Below, in pieces: positions 35,949 through 45,201 of a stretch of DNA of 64,000 bases; position 1 is the stretch's first letter, and every line of letters begins with the position of its first letter. Both the position numbers and the translations under genes were made by a program. The notes below the pieces were generated by a model. That model did not search any database and was not told where the DNA came from. It saw only the letters and a list, made by a program, of their open reading frames with translations. The DNA comes from Pandoraea pnomenusa (lineage in GTDB: Bacteria > Pseudomonadota > Gammaproteobacteria > Burkholderiales > Burkholderiaceae), in assembly GCF_040391475.1 (NCBI RefSeq), contig NZ_JBEBXS010000018.1, positions 7,591 to 71,590 of the forward strand. Direction: 5' to 3'.

Positions 35949-37547
35949 TTAGTGCCAGGCGACCTTGCGGAAGTTGAGGAAGCCCGAGCCTTGCTGCACC
36001 CCCCACGTCAGCGACTTCTTCTTCGCGAAGACGTTGAACAATTCCGTCACGAGCACCGCCGAAGCGTCGTCATGGAGGATCTTGCCGATCTTGCGGAACA
36101 GCGCACCGCGCGCCTCTGCGCCCGTCGTCGTATCGAGCTGCTTGAGTAGCGCCTCGACTTCGGGGTTGGAGTAATCGGACCAGGCACCGTCTTTCGAGAA
36201 CGACCCTGCGACCGGATGGATCGGGTCGTAGATGGCGTTCGTGAATTGCGTGGTCGTCATCGGGCCGGTCTTGTGCGTGTTGTTCAGACGACTCCACGCC
36301 GCATAGTCGATGCGATTGATGTCGACCTTCACGCCGACCTGCCCCCAGTAGGCCGCCAGCGCTTCCGCGAACTCCTTCGGCGTTCCCACGGCGTCGTAGA
36401 GCTTGATCGAGAAACCGTTCGGATACCCCGCCTGCTTGAGCAGTGCGCGCGCCTTCACGGGATCGTACGGATACGGTGCGACGCTCGGATCGCCGCCATA
36501 GGGGAAGTATTTCGAGATGAACGTACCCATCGGCGCACCGACACCGTGGAACACGCCCTTGATGATGGCGTTGGCGTCGATGGCGTAGTTCAGCGCAAGG
36601 CGCACGTCACGCTTGGACAACGGCGAGTCCGGCACATTCGAGTACAGGCGCACGTGCATCGGCGACGACACCGGATTGGTGATGACGTCGAGCGCGGCGT
36701 CCTGACGCAGACGGGCCACCTCGGCGAGCGGGATCATCGCCGCGATGTCGACCTCGCCCGACACAATCGCGTTGACCCGGCTCGACGGCTCCGGGATGTA
36801 TTTGAAGACGAGCGTCTTGATGGCAGGCTTGTCGCCATAAAAATCGTCGAAGCGCTCGAGCTCGAGATATTGGCCGACCTTGTTGGTTTTCACGCGATAA
36901 GGTCCCGTGCCGATCGGCGCGGCAGCGAACGCCTCCACATTCGGCAGCGACGACGTGTACTTCTGCGGCACGATGAACAGGAAGCCCGCGATCTTGTTGA
37001 GGAAGACGCCGTCGGGCTGCTTCAGGCGAACACGAACCGTGAGCGGGTCAGGCGTGTCGACACCATCGATGACCGGCGCGAAATAGGGGCGACGCGTACT
37101 CTTCGACACCGGATCGATCACGCGCTCGATCGAGTACTTCACATCCGCCGAAGTGAACGGATCGCCGTTGTGGAACTTGATGTTCGGCCGGAGCTTGAAG
37201 GTGTAGACGAGCCCATCGGACGACATGGTGTAGCTCGTGGCCATGCGCGGCACGATGTTGCCCTTGGCATCGAAGCCGTAGAGCGTATCGAAAATCGACA
37301 TCGCATAGCGCTGCGAATCGCCGCTCGCCGTGACCAGCGCGTCGAGACTCTGAATCTCCTTGTCGAGCGCGATCACCAGCGTGTTGCGGTCCACCGCCGG
37401 CCCCGTCTTGTCAGCCGCCGCCGCGTCGGCGGACACACCCGCCGCCCCGAGCAAACCCAGCGCTCCAGCGGTCAGCGCGGTCATCGCCCCGAGCCGCAAC
37501 CCCGACGTCACACGCGCCATCGCGCGCCATCCCGTGATTCGATTCAT
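35949..37547 (-). CDS. ABC transporter substrate-binding protein, family 5, paralog 2 (orphan; no adjacent permease genes)
   Basis: Alignable by eye with the SBP at 31261-32826 over long blocks (GDSQRYAMSIFDTLYGFD, KFHNGDPFTSADVKYSIERV, STRRPYFAP, FLNKIAGFLFIVPQKY, AAWSRLNNTHK). Signal peptide ..GAAGVSADA. I chose the ATG at 37547; the track uses a GTG at 37571. Confidence 0.9.
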   Translation of the reverse strand: MNRITGWRAMARVTSGLRLGAMTALTAGALGLLGAAGVSADAAAADKTGPAVDRNTLVIALDKEIQSLDALVTASGDSQRYAMSIFDTLYGFDAKGNIVPRMATSYTMSSDGLVYTFKLRPNIKFHNGDPFTSADVKYSIERVIDPVSKSTRRPYFAPVIDGVDTPDPLTVRVRLKQPDGVFLNKIAGFLFIVPQKYTSSLPNVEAFAAAPIGTGPYRVKTNKVGQYLELERFDDFYGDKPAIKTLVFKYIPEPSSRVNAIVSGEVDIAAMIPLAEVARLRQDAALDVITNPVSSPMHVRLYSNVPDSPLSKRDVRLALNYAIDANAIIKGVFHGVGAPMGTFISKYFPYGGDPSVAPYPYDPVKARALLKQAGYPNGFSIKLYDAVGTPKEFAEALAAYWGQVGVKVDINRIDYAAWSRLNNTHKTGPMTTTQFTNAIYDPIHPVAGSFSKDGAWSDYSNPEVEALLKQLDTTTGAEARGALFRKIGKILHDDASAVLVTELFNVFAKKKSLTWGVQQGSGFLNFRKVAWH

Positions 37548-37804
37548 TTCGACCTCATTATGTATGTTCACATATTGGAATTACAAAAGCATCGAAAACC
37601 CCACCCGGATTTGTACCAATTCTTCTGGCACGTTGTTGAAATATCCGCTATAAAAGCTAGGAAACATGGTTCACGATGTCAATAAGCGATCATACCGACG
37701 CGACATCCTCGCTCACGCAGCGCACCATATAATCGTTATCTATTTCAATATATGGAAATCCGGAAAGCCGAACGCTCCGGATACATCGCACCGCCAGGAA
37801 ACTC

Positions 37805-39343
37805 ATGGACAAACGCAAGATCGACGAACTCCACGCACGCCGCGAAGCGATCCGTACCGCGACGTCGGCGACAGCTATCGAAAAGCTTCGCGACCAGGGG
37901 AAGCTCACGGCACGCGAGCGGATTGCGTTGTTGCTGGACGACGGAAGCTTCGTCGAGATGGGCATTCATGCGCACAGTGCGCACCCGTCGTTGCGTGAGC
38001 GAACCCCTGCCGACGGCATCGTGACCGGGCACGGCACCATCGACGGACGCATCGTCTACGTGGCCGCCGACGACGCGACCGTGCTGGGCGGCACGCGTGG
38101 GCGCGTTGGCGAGATCAAGATCGCGCGCGTGCGCGATGCTGCATTGCGCCATCGAAAACCGTTCATTGCGCTGATGGAAGCCGGCGCGGCGCGCGTGCAG
38201 GAGAGCTTCGGCGCGATGGCCGCGAATATGGGCGCACGTTTCGCCGATCATTTCCGGATGTCCGGTCAGATTCCGCAACTCGCCGCGATCCTCGGCCCGG
38301 CCTTTGGCGGCCCCTCGTTCACCGCCGCGCAATCCGACTTCACTGCCCTCGCGCGCGGCACCGGTGTGATGGGCATGTCGGGGCCGCTCGTGGTGAGGGT
38401 CGGCACGGGGGAAACGGTCACGACCGACGCGATTGGCGGTGCGGACGTCAGCGAGACCGTCACCGGGCAGGCGGACTATGTCGGCGATACCGAAGCGGAC
38501 ACGCTGCGCAGCCTGCGAACGTTTCTGTCTTTCCTTCCGAGTCATTGCGACGAACTGCCGCCGGTGGCGGAAGCGAAACCGGCTGCCGTCGACACGGAAG
38601 ACGGTCGCGAGAAGCTGCGCGCCTTGATCCCCGATATTGGCCGTCAGGCATACGACATGAAGCGCGTGCTCAGCCTGCTCGTCGACGCGGGCGACCTGTT
38701 TCATTACCGGCCGCGCTTCGGGCCGAACCTGATTACCGCGTTCGGGCGGATCGATGGGCAGCCGGTCGGCTTCGTCGCCTCGAATCCGATGGCGCGCGGT
38801 GGCGTGATGGATGAGAAGACGGCGCAGAAGGCACGCAAGTTTGTCGATATCTGCGACGCGTTCCACGTGCCGCTTGTCTTCATCTGCGACGCGCCCGGCT
38901 TTCTCGTGGGGCCCGACATCGAGAAGCACCGGATGGTGTCGCTCGCTGCGCGCCTGCTCAATACCGTGTGTGCGGCGTCGGTGCCGAAGATCACGATCGT
39001 GGCGCGCAAGGCGATTGGGCTGGCCTATCTGGCGATGTGCGGCCGTGCCATGCGCCCCGACTATCTGGCCGCGTGGCCCGGCGCACACTTCGATGTGATG
39101 GGACCGGAAGCAGGTGTCGAACTCGTGTACGGACGCGAAATCGCTGCAGCGCCGGACCCCGCCGCACGCAAGGCCGAGATCATGGCCCGACTCGACGAAC
39201 AATCGAGCGCGCTCGAGGCCGCGGCGCAAGGCTGGATCGACGATGTGATCGACCCTGCCGAGACCCGCAACGCCATCCGGCAAGCGTTGCGCGCGGCGGC
39301 AGACGCTCGCCGCCCGGGATTCAAACATCGCATCGACCCTTGA
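37805..39343 (+). CDS. Acyl-CoA carboxylase carboxyltransferase (beta) subunit
   Basis: N-terminal KLRDQGKLTARERIALLLDDGSFVEMG and the two-crotonase-lobe organisation are typical of PccB/MccB/AtuC-type carboxyltransferases. Confidence 0.9.
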   Translation: MDKRKIDELHARREAIRTATSATAIEKLRDQGKLTARERIALLLDDGSFVEMGIHAHSAHPSLRERTPADGIVTGHGTIDGRIVYVAADDATVLGGTRGRVGEIKIARVRDAALRHRKPFIALMEAGAARVQESFGAMAANMGARFADHFRMSGQIPQLAAILGPAFGGPSFTAAQSDFTALARGTGVMGMSGPLVVRVGTGETVTTDAIGGADVSETVTGQADYVGDTEADTLRSLRTFLSFLPSHCDELPPVAEAKPAAVDTEDGREKLRALIPDIGRQAYDMKRVLSLLVDAGDLFHYRPRFGPNLITAFGRIDGQPVGFVASNPMARGGVMDEKTAQKARKFVDICDAFHVPLVFICDAPGFLVGPDIEKHRMVSLAARLLNTVCAASVPKITIVARKAIGLAYLAMCGRAMRPDYLAAWPGAHFDVMGPEAGVELVYGREIAAAPDPAARKAEIMARLDEQSSALEAAAQGWIDDVIDPAETRNAIRQALRAAADARRPGFKHRIDP

Positions 39344-39388
39344 GCCATCGGCCCGGACGTCGTCCCCCCATCGAATGACCTCGACACC

Positions 39389-40177
39389 ATGAGCATCGAT
39401 TTCTCCGTGAACGAAGGCGTGGCCACCGTGCGCCTGAACCGTCCGGAGGCGCTCAATGCCATCGACTATCCGATGCGCACTCGCCTTCAGGAACTGTGGC
39501 GCCATATCGGCAGCACGCCGGAGATTCGCGCCGTGGTCGTCACCGGCACCGGGGAACGCGCGTTCAGCAGCGGCGCGGACCTACGGCGAACGCCGCCGCC
39601 AGCTACATCGTTCGCCGCCCAGATGTTTGGCGGGGCAGGCGCCGAGCCCGAAGTGGGATCGCTGACGGTCGGCCTCGATTTCGACACGCCCGTGATCTGC
39701 GCTTTCAATGGACTCGCCTACGGTGGCGGTCTGGAGATCGGTCTGGCGTGCGACATTCGCATCGCCGCCGACACAGCGCGCTTCGGGTTGCCTGAGGTCA
39801 CGGTTGGATCGATGCCGGGTTCTGGCGGCACGCAGCGGCTGCCTCGCCTGATCGGCAGCGCCAACGCCATGTGGATGTTGTTGACCGGCGATTCGATCGA
39901 CGCTCAAACTGCACTACGCATCGGGTTGGTGAGTCATGTGGTGCCGCCGGAGGCGCTTGCCGAGACTGCCAACGGCATGGCCCGACGGATTGCCGATGCA
40001 GCACCGCTGGCGGTACGCGCCATCAAACGCGCAGCGCGCGATGGCCTGGAAATGTCGTTGCAGGCAGGTCTCGCACACGAGCGTCAGATGTGGGGACTGC
40101 TGCGCGACACGGAAGATCGCAAGGAGGGTCGGGAGGCATTCGTACAGAAGCGCCCACCCGTGTATCGGGGACGTTGA
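39389..40177 (+). CDS. Enoyl-CoA hydratase/isomerase (crotonase) family protein
   Basis: RPEALNAI, VVVTGTGERAFSSGADL, AFNGLAYGGGLEIGLACDIRIA, EDRKEGREAFVQKR. Confidence 0.9.
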   Translation: MSIDFSVNEGVATVRLNRPEALNAIDYPMRTRLQELWRHIGSTPEIRAVVVTGTGERAFSSGADLRRTPPPATSFAAQMFGGAGAEPEVGSLTVGLDFDTPVICAFNGLAYGGGLEIGLACDIRIAADTARFGLPEVTVGSMPGSGGTQRLPRLIGSANAMWMLLTGDSIDAQTALRIGLVSHVVPPEALAETANGMARRIADAAPLAVRAIKRAARDGLEMSLQAGLAHERQMWGLLRDTEDRKEGREAFVQKRPPVYRGR

Positions 40178-40316
40178 AGTGGTGAGGTAAAGCCGGATTC
40201 GCGTGGGTCTGATCTTATGACGCGGCGATGCCTGCGGCATACTTCGCACTCCCATCATTGATAAGCCGAAGCGCCTGCGCAGCACAGGCGCCATACGGCA
40301 CTACGGACCGTTTTCC

Positions 40317-41234
40317 ATGAACCTGCCTCCACGATCCGCCAGTGGCTTCGACGACGGCCTTGTCGACGCCCCGCCATCGCCACCGGGCAGTGCATCGAAT
40401 GGCGACGCGACGCATGCGTCTGCTCCGCGCCGCGCGAACGAGGGGACGCAGAGCATACAGCGCGCCATCGCCGTGCTGCGCCTCATTGCCATGCGCGGCC
40501 CACAGGGGTTGCGGCTGCATGAAATTGCCGAGGGCCTGGCGCTGGAGCGCATTACGGCGCATCGGATCGTCAAGGGACTGGCGTTCAGCAACATGCTGCA
40601 ACTCGACGCGCAGACGCGACGCTACACGCTCGGCCACATGGCGTATCTGCTCGGCCTGAGTGCATCGCCAGCGTTCGACCTGAAGGAGCGATGCCAGCCG
40701 ACGTTGCGGCGACTGGCCGACGCCACCGGAGATTCGGTCTTCCTGATGGTACGAAGCGGCTTCGAGGCCGTGTGTTTCGACCACGTGCAGGGCAGCTACC
40801 CCATTCGCACGCACAGCCTGAAGATCGGCGCTCGCCGGGCGCTCGGTGCGGGCGCCGGAGCGATGGCGCTGCTTGCCGCACTGCCGGACCATGACGTCGA
40901 AACGGCCATCGCGGCGAACGCCATGCACTTGCCGCGCTATCGCGACATCTCGCCCGAGCGGTTGCGCGAGCTTGTCGCGAAGACACGACAGGACGGTTAC
41001 GCCACCAATTTGCAGACGGTGATTGCGGACGTGAGCGCCATCGGCATGACGCTGCCGCGCCGCGATGGCCCGGCATTCGTTTCGATCAGTATCGCGTCGA
41101 TCACTTCGCGCATGACGGGTGCGCATCTCGACGAAGCGCGGCACGCGCTCAGGCACGAGACCGACGCGCTGGGTCTATTGCTCGACGACGCGCGCGTGAA
41201 GTGGGGCGGCATGACCGACGACGCTTCCCGCTAG
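40317..41234 (+). CDS. IclR family transcriptional regulator (paralog 2), embedded between the hydratase and biotin carboxylase genes
   Basis: GTQSIQRAIAVLRLIA..LRLHEIAEGLALERITAHRIVKGL and GDSVFLMVRSGFEAVC. It aligns block for block with the IclR at 19446-20327. Confidence 0.85.
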   Translation: MNLPPRSASGFDDGLVDAPPSPPGSASNGDATHASAPRRANEGTQSIQRAIAVLRLIAMRGPQGLRLHEIAEGLALERITAHRIVKGLAFSNMLQLDAQTRRYTLGHMAYLLGLSASPAFDLKERCQPTLRRLADATGDSVFLMVRSGFEAVCFDHVQGSYPIRTHSLKIGARRALGAGAGAMALLAALPDHDVETAIAANAMHLPRYRDISPERLRELVAKTRQDGYATNLQTVIADVSAIGMTLPRRDGPAFVSISIASITSRMTGAHLDEARHALRHETDALGLLLDDARVKWGGMTDDASR

Positions 41235-41299
41235 CGGGTGACGGTATCGACACAGTTTCGGGAGCGTTCCCGACCATGACAACGCAGGAGGTAGGAGAC

Positions 41300-42652
41300 A
41301 TGTTTACGAAGGTCCTCGTCGCGAATCGCGGCGCTGTTGCGGCGCGCATCATTCGCGCGCTGCGTCAGATGAACATCCGTTCCGTCGCCGTGTGTTCCGA
41401 GGCCGACGCGACGCTGCCGTATCTCGCGCAAGCCGACGAGGTTTATGCCATTGGCCCGGCGCCTGCAATGTCGAGCTACCTCGATCAGGATCGCCTGTTG
41501 GATGTGCTGGCGCGCTCAAAGGCGGACGCCGTGCATCCGGGTTACGGGTTTCTCTCGGAGAATGCCGCCTTCGCACGGCGTGTGATCGAGGCGGGTGCGG
41601 CATTCATCGGACCGTCGCCGCGTTGGATCGAGGCCATGGGACACAAGACACGCGCCAGGGAGTTGATGGCGCGTCACGGCATGCCGATGTCGCCGAGTTC
41701 GGGGCTGCTCGACGACCACACGGAATCGATCAGCGCCGCCGCGCGGGCTATCGGCTATCCGGTGCTCATCAAACCGGCTGCAGGCGGTGGTGGTATCGGC
41801 ATGGTGCCGGCACGCGACGAAGTCTCGCTGCTCGCCGCGATTGCGCAGGCGCGTTCAGTGTCGCAGAAGAGCTTCGGCAATGGCGACCTCTATCTGGAAA
41901 AGCTGATCGAGCGGCCGCGTCATATCGAGTTTCAGATTCTGGCGGACAAGGCGGGGAACGCCTGCCATCTGTTCGAGCGGGACTGCTCGGTTCAGCGTCG
42001 GCATCAGAAGGTGATCGAGGAATCGCCGGCACCGCTGTTGCCGCGTCGCGACATGGAGAAGACCGCAGAGCGGATCGCCGGGCTGCTGCAGGACATGGGC
42101 TACGACGTCATCGGCACGGCGGAGACGCTTTTCGGCGCCGACGGGACGTGCAATTTCCTGGAAATGAATACGCGATTGCAGGTCGAGCACGCGGTGACGG
42201 AAGCGATTACCGGCGTAGATCTGGTGACGTCGCAGATTCGGCTTGCGGCGGGGGAAGGACTGGCGTCGGTGATTCCCGATGCGCCGCGTGTGAATGGGCA
42301 CGCCATTGAAGTGCGCGTGTATGCGGAGGACCCGGTGCGATTCTTTCCGTCACCGGGGAAGCTGGAGACCTTCGAGCTGCCACAAGGAGAAGGGATTCGC
42401 GTGGAGACCGGGTACATGCAGGGAAATACCGTCACGCCGTATTACGATCCAATGCTCGCGAAGATTATCGTTCACGCGGTGGATCGTGCGGCGGCGATCC
42501 GGCAGATGAAAGAGGCGCTGCTTGCAACGCAGGTGCGCGGCGTGAAGACGAACATCCCGTTCGCGGTTCAGGTACTCGATGATGAGCTGTTTCAGCTCGG
42601 ACACATTCATACCGGCTTGGGGACGGATATTCTGGCGGCGGCGCGGCATTGA
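41300..42652 (+). CDS. Biotin carboxylase (ATP-grasp) subunit without a fused BCCP domain
   Basis: Start trimmed to the ATG at 41300 (RBS aggaggtagga). MFTKVLVANRGAVAARIIRA.., HPGYGFLSENA, IEFQILADKAGN, EMNTRLQVEHAVTE. The protein ends after the BC C-terminal domain (450 aa). Confidence 0.9.
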   Translation: MFTKVLVANRGAVAARIIRALRQMNIRSVAVCSEADATLPYLAQADEVYAIGPAPAMSSYLDQDRLLDVLARSKADAVHPGYGFLSENAAFARRVIEAGAAFIGPSPRWIEAMGHKTRARELMARHGMPMSPSSGLLDDHTESISAAARAIGYPVLIKPAAGGGGIGMVPARDEVSLLAAIAQARSVSQKSFGNGDLYLEKLIERPRHIEFQILADKAGNACHLFERDCSVQRRHQKVIEESPAPLLPRRDMEKTAERIAGLLQDMGYDVIGTAETLFGADGTCNFLEMNTRLQVEHAVTEAITGVDLVTSQIRLAAGEGLASVIPDAPRVNGHAIEVRVYAEDPVRFFPSPGKLETFELPQGEGIRVETGYMQGNTVTPYYDPMLAKIIVHAVDRAAAIRQMKEALLATQVRGVKTNIPFAVQVLDDELFQLGHIHTGLGTDILAAARH

Positions 42653-42718
42653 GGGGATGCGGCACGGCGTGATGCCGTGTTGTTCGGGCGTTCAGGCGTT
42701 CAGGCGGTAGAAATGACG

Positions 42719-42752
42719 ATAGGCCACGTGATTCTCACGTGGCCTATTTTTT
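42719..42752 (+). terminator. Strong rho-independent terminator after the biotin carboxylase gene
   Basis: Perfect 12-bp stem ataggccacgtg / cacgtggcctat, loop attct, followed by tttttt. Confidence 0.85.
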
Positions 42753-42968
42753 GCGTCAGCTATGCCATTGCGCGCTGGCACCTTCGCTGTACTAATACTT
42801 CCGTAGATATTTTGTATCCCGAATCGTTAAAGATAACGCCATCGCCTGCCGATATTTAAGTACGCCGCCATTCAGATCAATGGGCACCCTCGCCATTCTA
42901 TGGGTATGAATCTCGGCTTTCGGCGTACCAATTTCGCGAAAGCCGACAACTACATCACGCCACGCGAC

Positions 42969-43619
42969 ATGAATAAATCGATCAGACGCATTGTCACGTT
43001 GTCAGCATCAGCGAGCATCCTTAGCGCATGTTCGGCACTTGAACCGACTCGCCATATCCTCACGCAGAACCCCACCTATGATCCGGCCACATCGGCGCGG
43101 CTGCGAGTGCAAGGCTCCAATGCCGGGGGGCAAGTAGCATTGCGTTTCGGGCAAGCTTGCTACCCGCCCGCGTACGAAGACGACGGAAAGACGGTTCTCG
43201 GGCAGGGCCGCGGCTTTTTTACCCAGTACAAGTATTCGTCGACGAGCGTGCTGATCGGCATGCCGGAGAGCCCCCGAAAGTGGATGCGCGCCGATGGGCT
43301 CAAGTTCAAGGAATACATCATGGAGTACGTCGTCCCTGCGGATGCGCCCACCATCGTGTTGCTCAGCGGCAATCGTGCCATCAATTACGGCGGATCGAGG
43401 CAAGCCCAGACGTGCACGCCGCCCCCCACTCAGTTCACGCCGCAACCCGGTAAGGACTACGAGGCATTCGAAGAGGGCGGCGGCGGGAGATGCTGGATCG
43501 AAATCCGTGAGATCGATGCACGCGGCCACGACATTCCCGTTGCAGCAAGTCGCGCACCCTATTGCACCCCGAGCAAGGTGGTGGAGGCAGTCAAGACGGG
43601 GCCGGATGCCGAACACTGA
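42969..43619 (+). CDS. Hypothetical lipoprotein (216 aa)
   Basis: Start trimmed to MNKSIRRIVTLSASASILSAC (lipobox L-S-A-C). The mature part has four further Cys residues. I recognise no family motif. GC content is lower than in the surrounding genes. Confidence 0.6.
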   Translation: MNKSIRRIVTLSASASILSACSALEPTRHILTQNPTYDPATSARLRVQGSNAGGQVALRFGQACYPPAYEDDGKTVLGQGRGFFTQYKYSSTSVLIGMPESPRKWMRADGLKFKEYIMEYVVPADAPTIVLLSGNRAINYGGSRQAQTCTPPPTQFTPQPGKDYEAFEEGGGGRCWIEIREIDARGHDIPVAASRAPYCTPSKVVEAVKTGPDAEH

Positions 43620-43649
43620 TCCCCATCCCTCATCTATCGGAGATTTTCA

Positions 43650-44066
43650 ATGCATAAACATTTGCTGACGCTTCTGTGCTGTGTCGCCGTCCCCGCAATG
43701 GCCTCGGTCAAGTGCGAGACGCAGAACCTCAACGGTCATAGCACCAATATCTGCGTGAATTCGGGTAAGTTCTCACACGATTACTACACGCTCGTCGTGG
43801 ACAAGAGCGTTTTGTTCACCCTTCCCGACGATTATGTTGAAGACATCGTACTGACCCATCGTGTTCCGGAAGACGCCGCCATTGAATTCCCGGCTTCGGC
43901 CAGCCTTGCTGCCGGGACGGTCGTTCGCATCACCGGCGGCTGCGTGCCTGTCAGCGAAAAGAAGCCCCTCGGCGGGAAAATGATCGGCATAGAAGTGGCT
44001 CGGGTCTGCTCGTTCAAATGGGGTGATGTCGATGTGCTGAAGGACGCGCGACTGAGTTTTGAATGA
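43650..44066 (+). CDS. Hypothetical small secreted protein (138 aa)
   Basis: Signal peptide MHKHLLTLLCCVAVPAMA/SV. Four Cys in the mature part. No recognised motif. Followed by an imperfect hairpin aaccccgggaaa..tttctcggggtt at about 44089-44127. Confidence 0.6.
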   Translation: MHKHLLTLLCCVAVPAMASVKCETQNLNGHSTNICVNSGKFSHDYYTLVVDKSVLFTLPDDYVEDIVLTHRVPEDAAIEFPASASLAAGTVVRITGGCVPVSEKKPLGGKMIGIEVARVCSFKWGDVDVLKDARLSFE

Positions 44067-44262
44067 TTGGCTGGGGGATCCCAGACAGAAAAACCCCGGG
44101 AAACTGTCGTTTTCTCGGGGTTTTCGAAGCTCGTCAAACGTCTGCGAAGCTACAGGGGTAACTCCACCACGACCGGATGATTGCAGCGCTTTTGTGATTA
44201 TCCGCCTCCGTCCGGTACTTGGTCAGGCTCGGCGCTTCCGAAGCGTCGAACGGATATCCGAT

Positions 44263-45069
44263 ATGTTTAGAAGAGGGGAAAGTGTGCGCCGTCTCAAGCT
44301 TTTGTTTATGTTTGCCTGCGTGTATTTCGGTTCGACCAGCACCGTCTTCGCAGCTCAGTTGGACGGCTACTTTGAAGCGAGTCGACAGTTCGATGCATGG
44401 ATAGAGAAAACCGGCGCCATGCCGCGTCTTTCAGACGAACGGGCGGCCACGTTCCTTGCCACGCTTTCTGACAGTCAGCGCTTTCTGGACGGAAATACAT
44501 TCGACGAAGCACAGCTTCCCGCGCTGCTGGATCTGTGCGACAAGGCGAACCGCAAAGGCATTGTTTACCTAATGTTCGATCTGGACAAAGAGTTCGACGA
44601 GAGCATGCCCCTTGAAGCTGCCCAGCAGGTCATCATCAAACGGATGCTGCAGAACGCCCACACTTACCAGAACGAATTGGCAGAACTGCAGCCGTTTGCG
44701 ACGCGGTGCATGGGAAGGTTGGTATCGTCAATTTCGCCGCTTTTCGACCGCATGAAGCCGGAGGAAATCACATCCGTGCGCCGCGCGGGACTCGATAAGA
44801 TGCGCAAGGGGATGGATTCTGCCGTTCTTGGAACGTTGGTCTCTGCAAGCGACCTTTCGCTGAAAGATCGCTACCGGACGAACACGCTCATGGCAGTTGC
44901 GGAAACCGCGCCCCAGTTTGTTTCCGCCATGAATCCAGACGAGCGAGAGAAACTCTTGTCGGCGGCAAAAGAGGCAATCAGTACAGCACCGGAAAATCTG
45001 AAAGGCTACATTGAGAAAATCGCAGACGCGCTCGCGGAGCCAAGCTGCGAAGGGTTGTGCCGGTACTGA
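44263..45069 (+). CDS. Hypothetical exported, predicted all-helical protein (~260 aa)
   Basis: The track ORF starts at 44059, but the hydrophobic signal-like segment (RRLKLLFMFACVYFGSTSTVFA/AQ) follows the ATG at 44263. A GTG at 44284 with RBS aagagggga is an alternative start. No recognised motif. Confidence 0.55.
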   Translation: MFRRGESVRRLKLLFMFACVYFGSTSTVFAAQLDGYFEASRQFDAWIEKTGAMPRLSDERAATFLATLSDSQRFLDGNTFDEAQLPALLDLCDKANRKGIVYLMFDLDKEFDESMPLEAAQQVIIKRMLQNAHTYQNELAELQPFATRCMGRLVSSISPLFDRMKPEEITSVRRAGLDKMRKGMDSAVLGTLVSASDLSLKDRYRTNTLMAVAETAPQFVSAMNPDEREKLLSAAKEAISTAPENLKGYIEKIADALAEPSCEGLCRY

Positions 45070-45171
45070 TCGAGGTGTCTGCTTTCCGACTTCAGTGACC
45101 GATGAGGGTCGGAAACTGCCCCCAATTATCGAACGGGACACACGATGTTCCGCGATGCGGGGTTGGAAACG

Positions 45172-45201
45172 CAAAAGGGTTACGTGAAGATCACGTAACC
45201 C
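45172..45201 (-). terminator. Hairpin plus TTTT (minus strand) just downstream of tRNA-Thr
   Basis: 11-bp perfect stem gggttacgtga / tcacgtaaccc with a 3-nt loop. On the minus strand it is followed by ttttgc. Confidence 0.6.
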
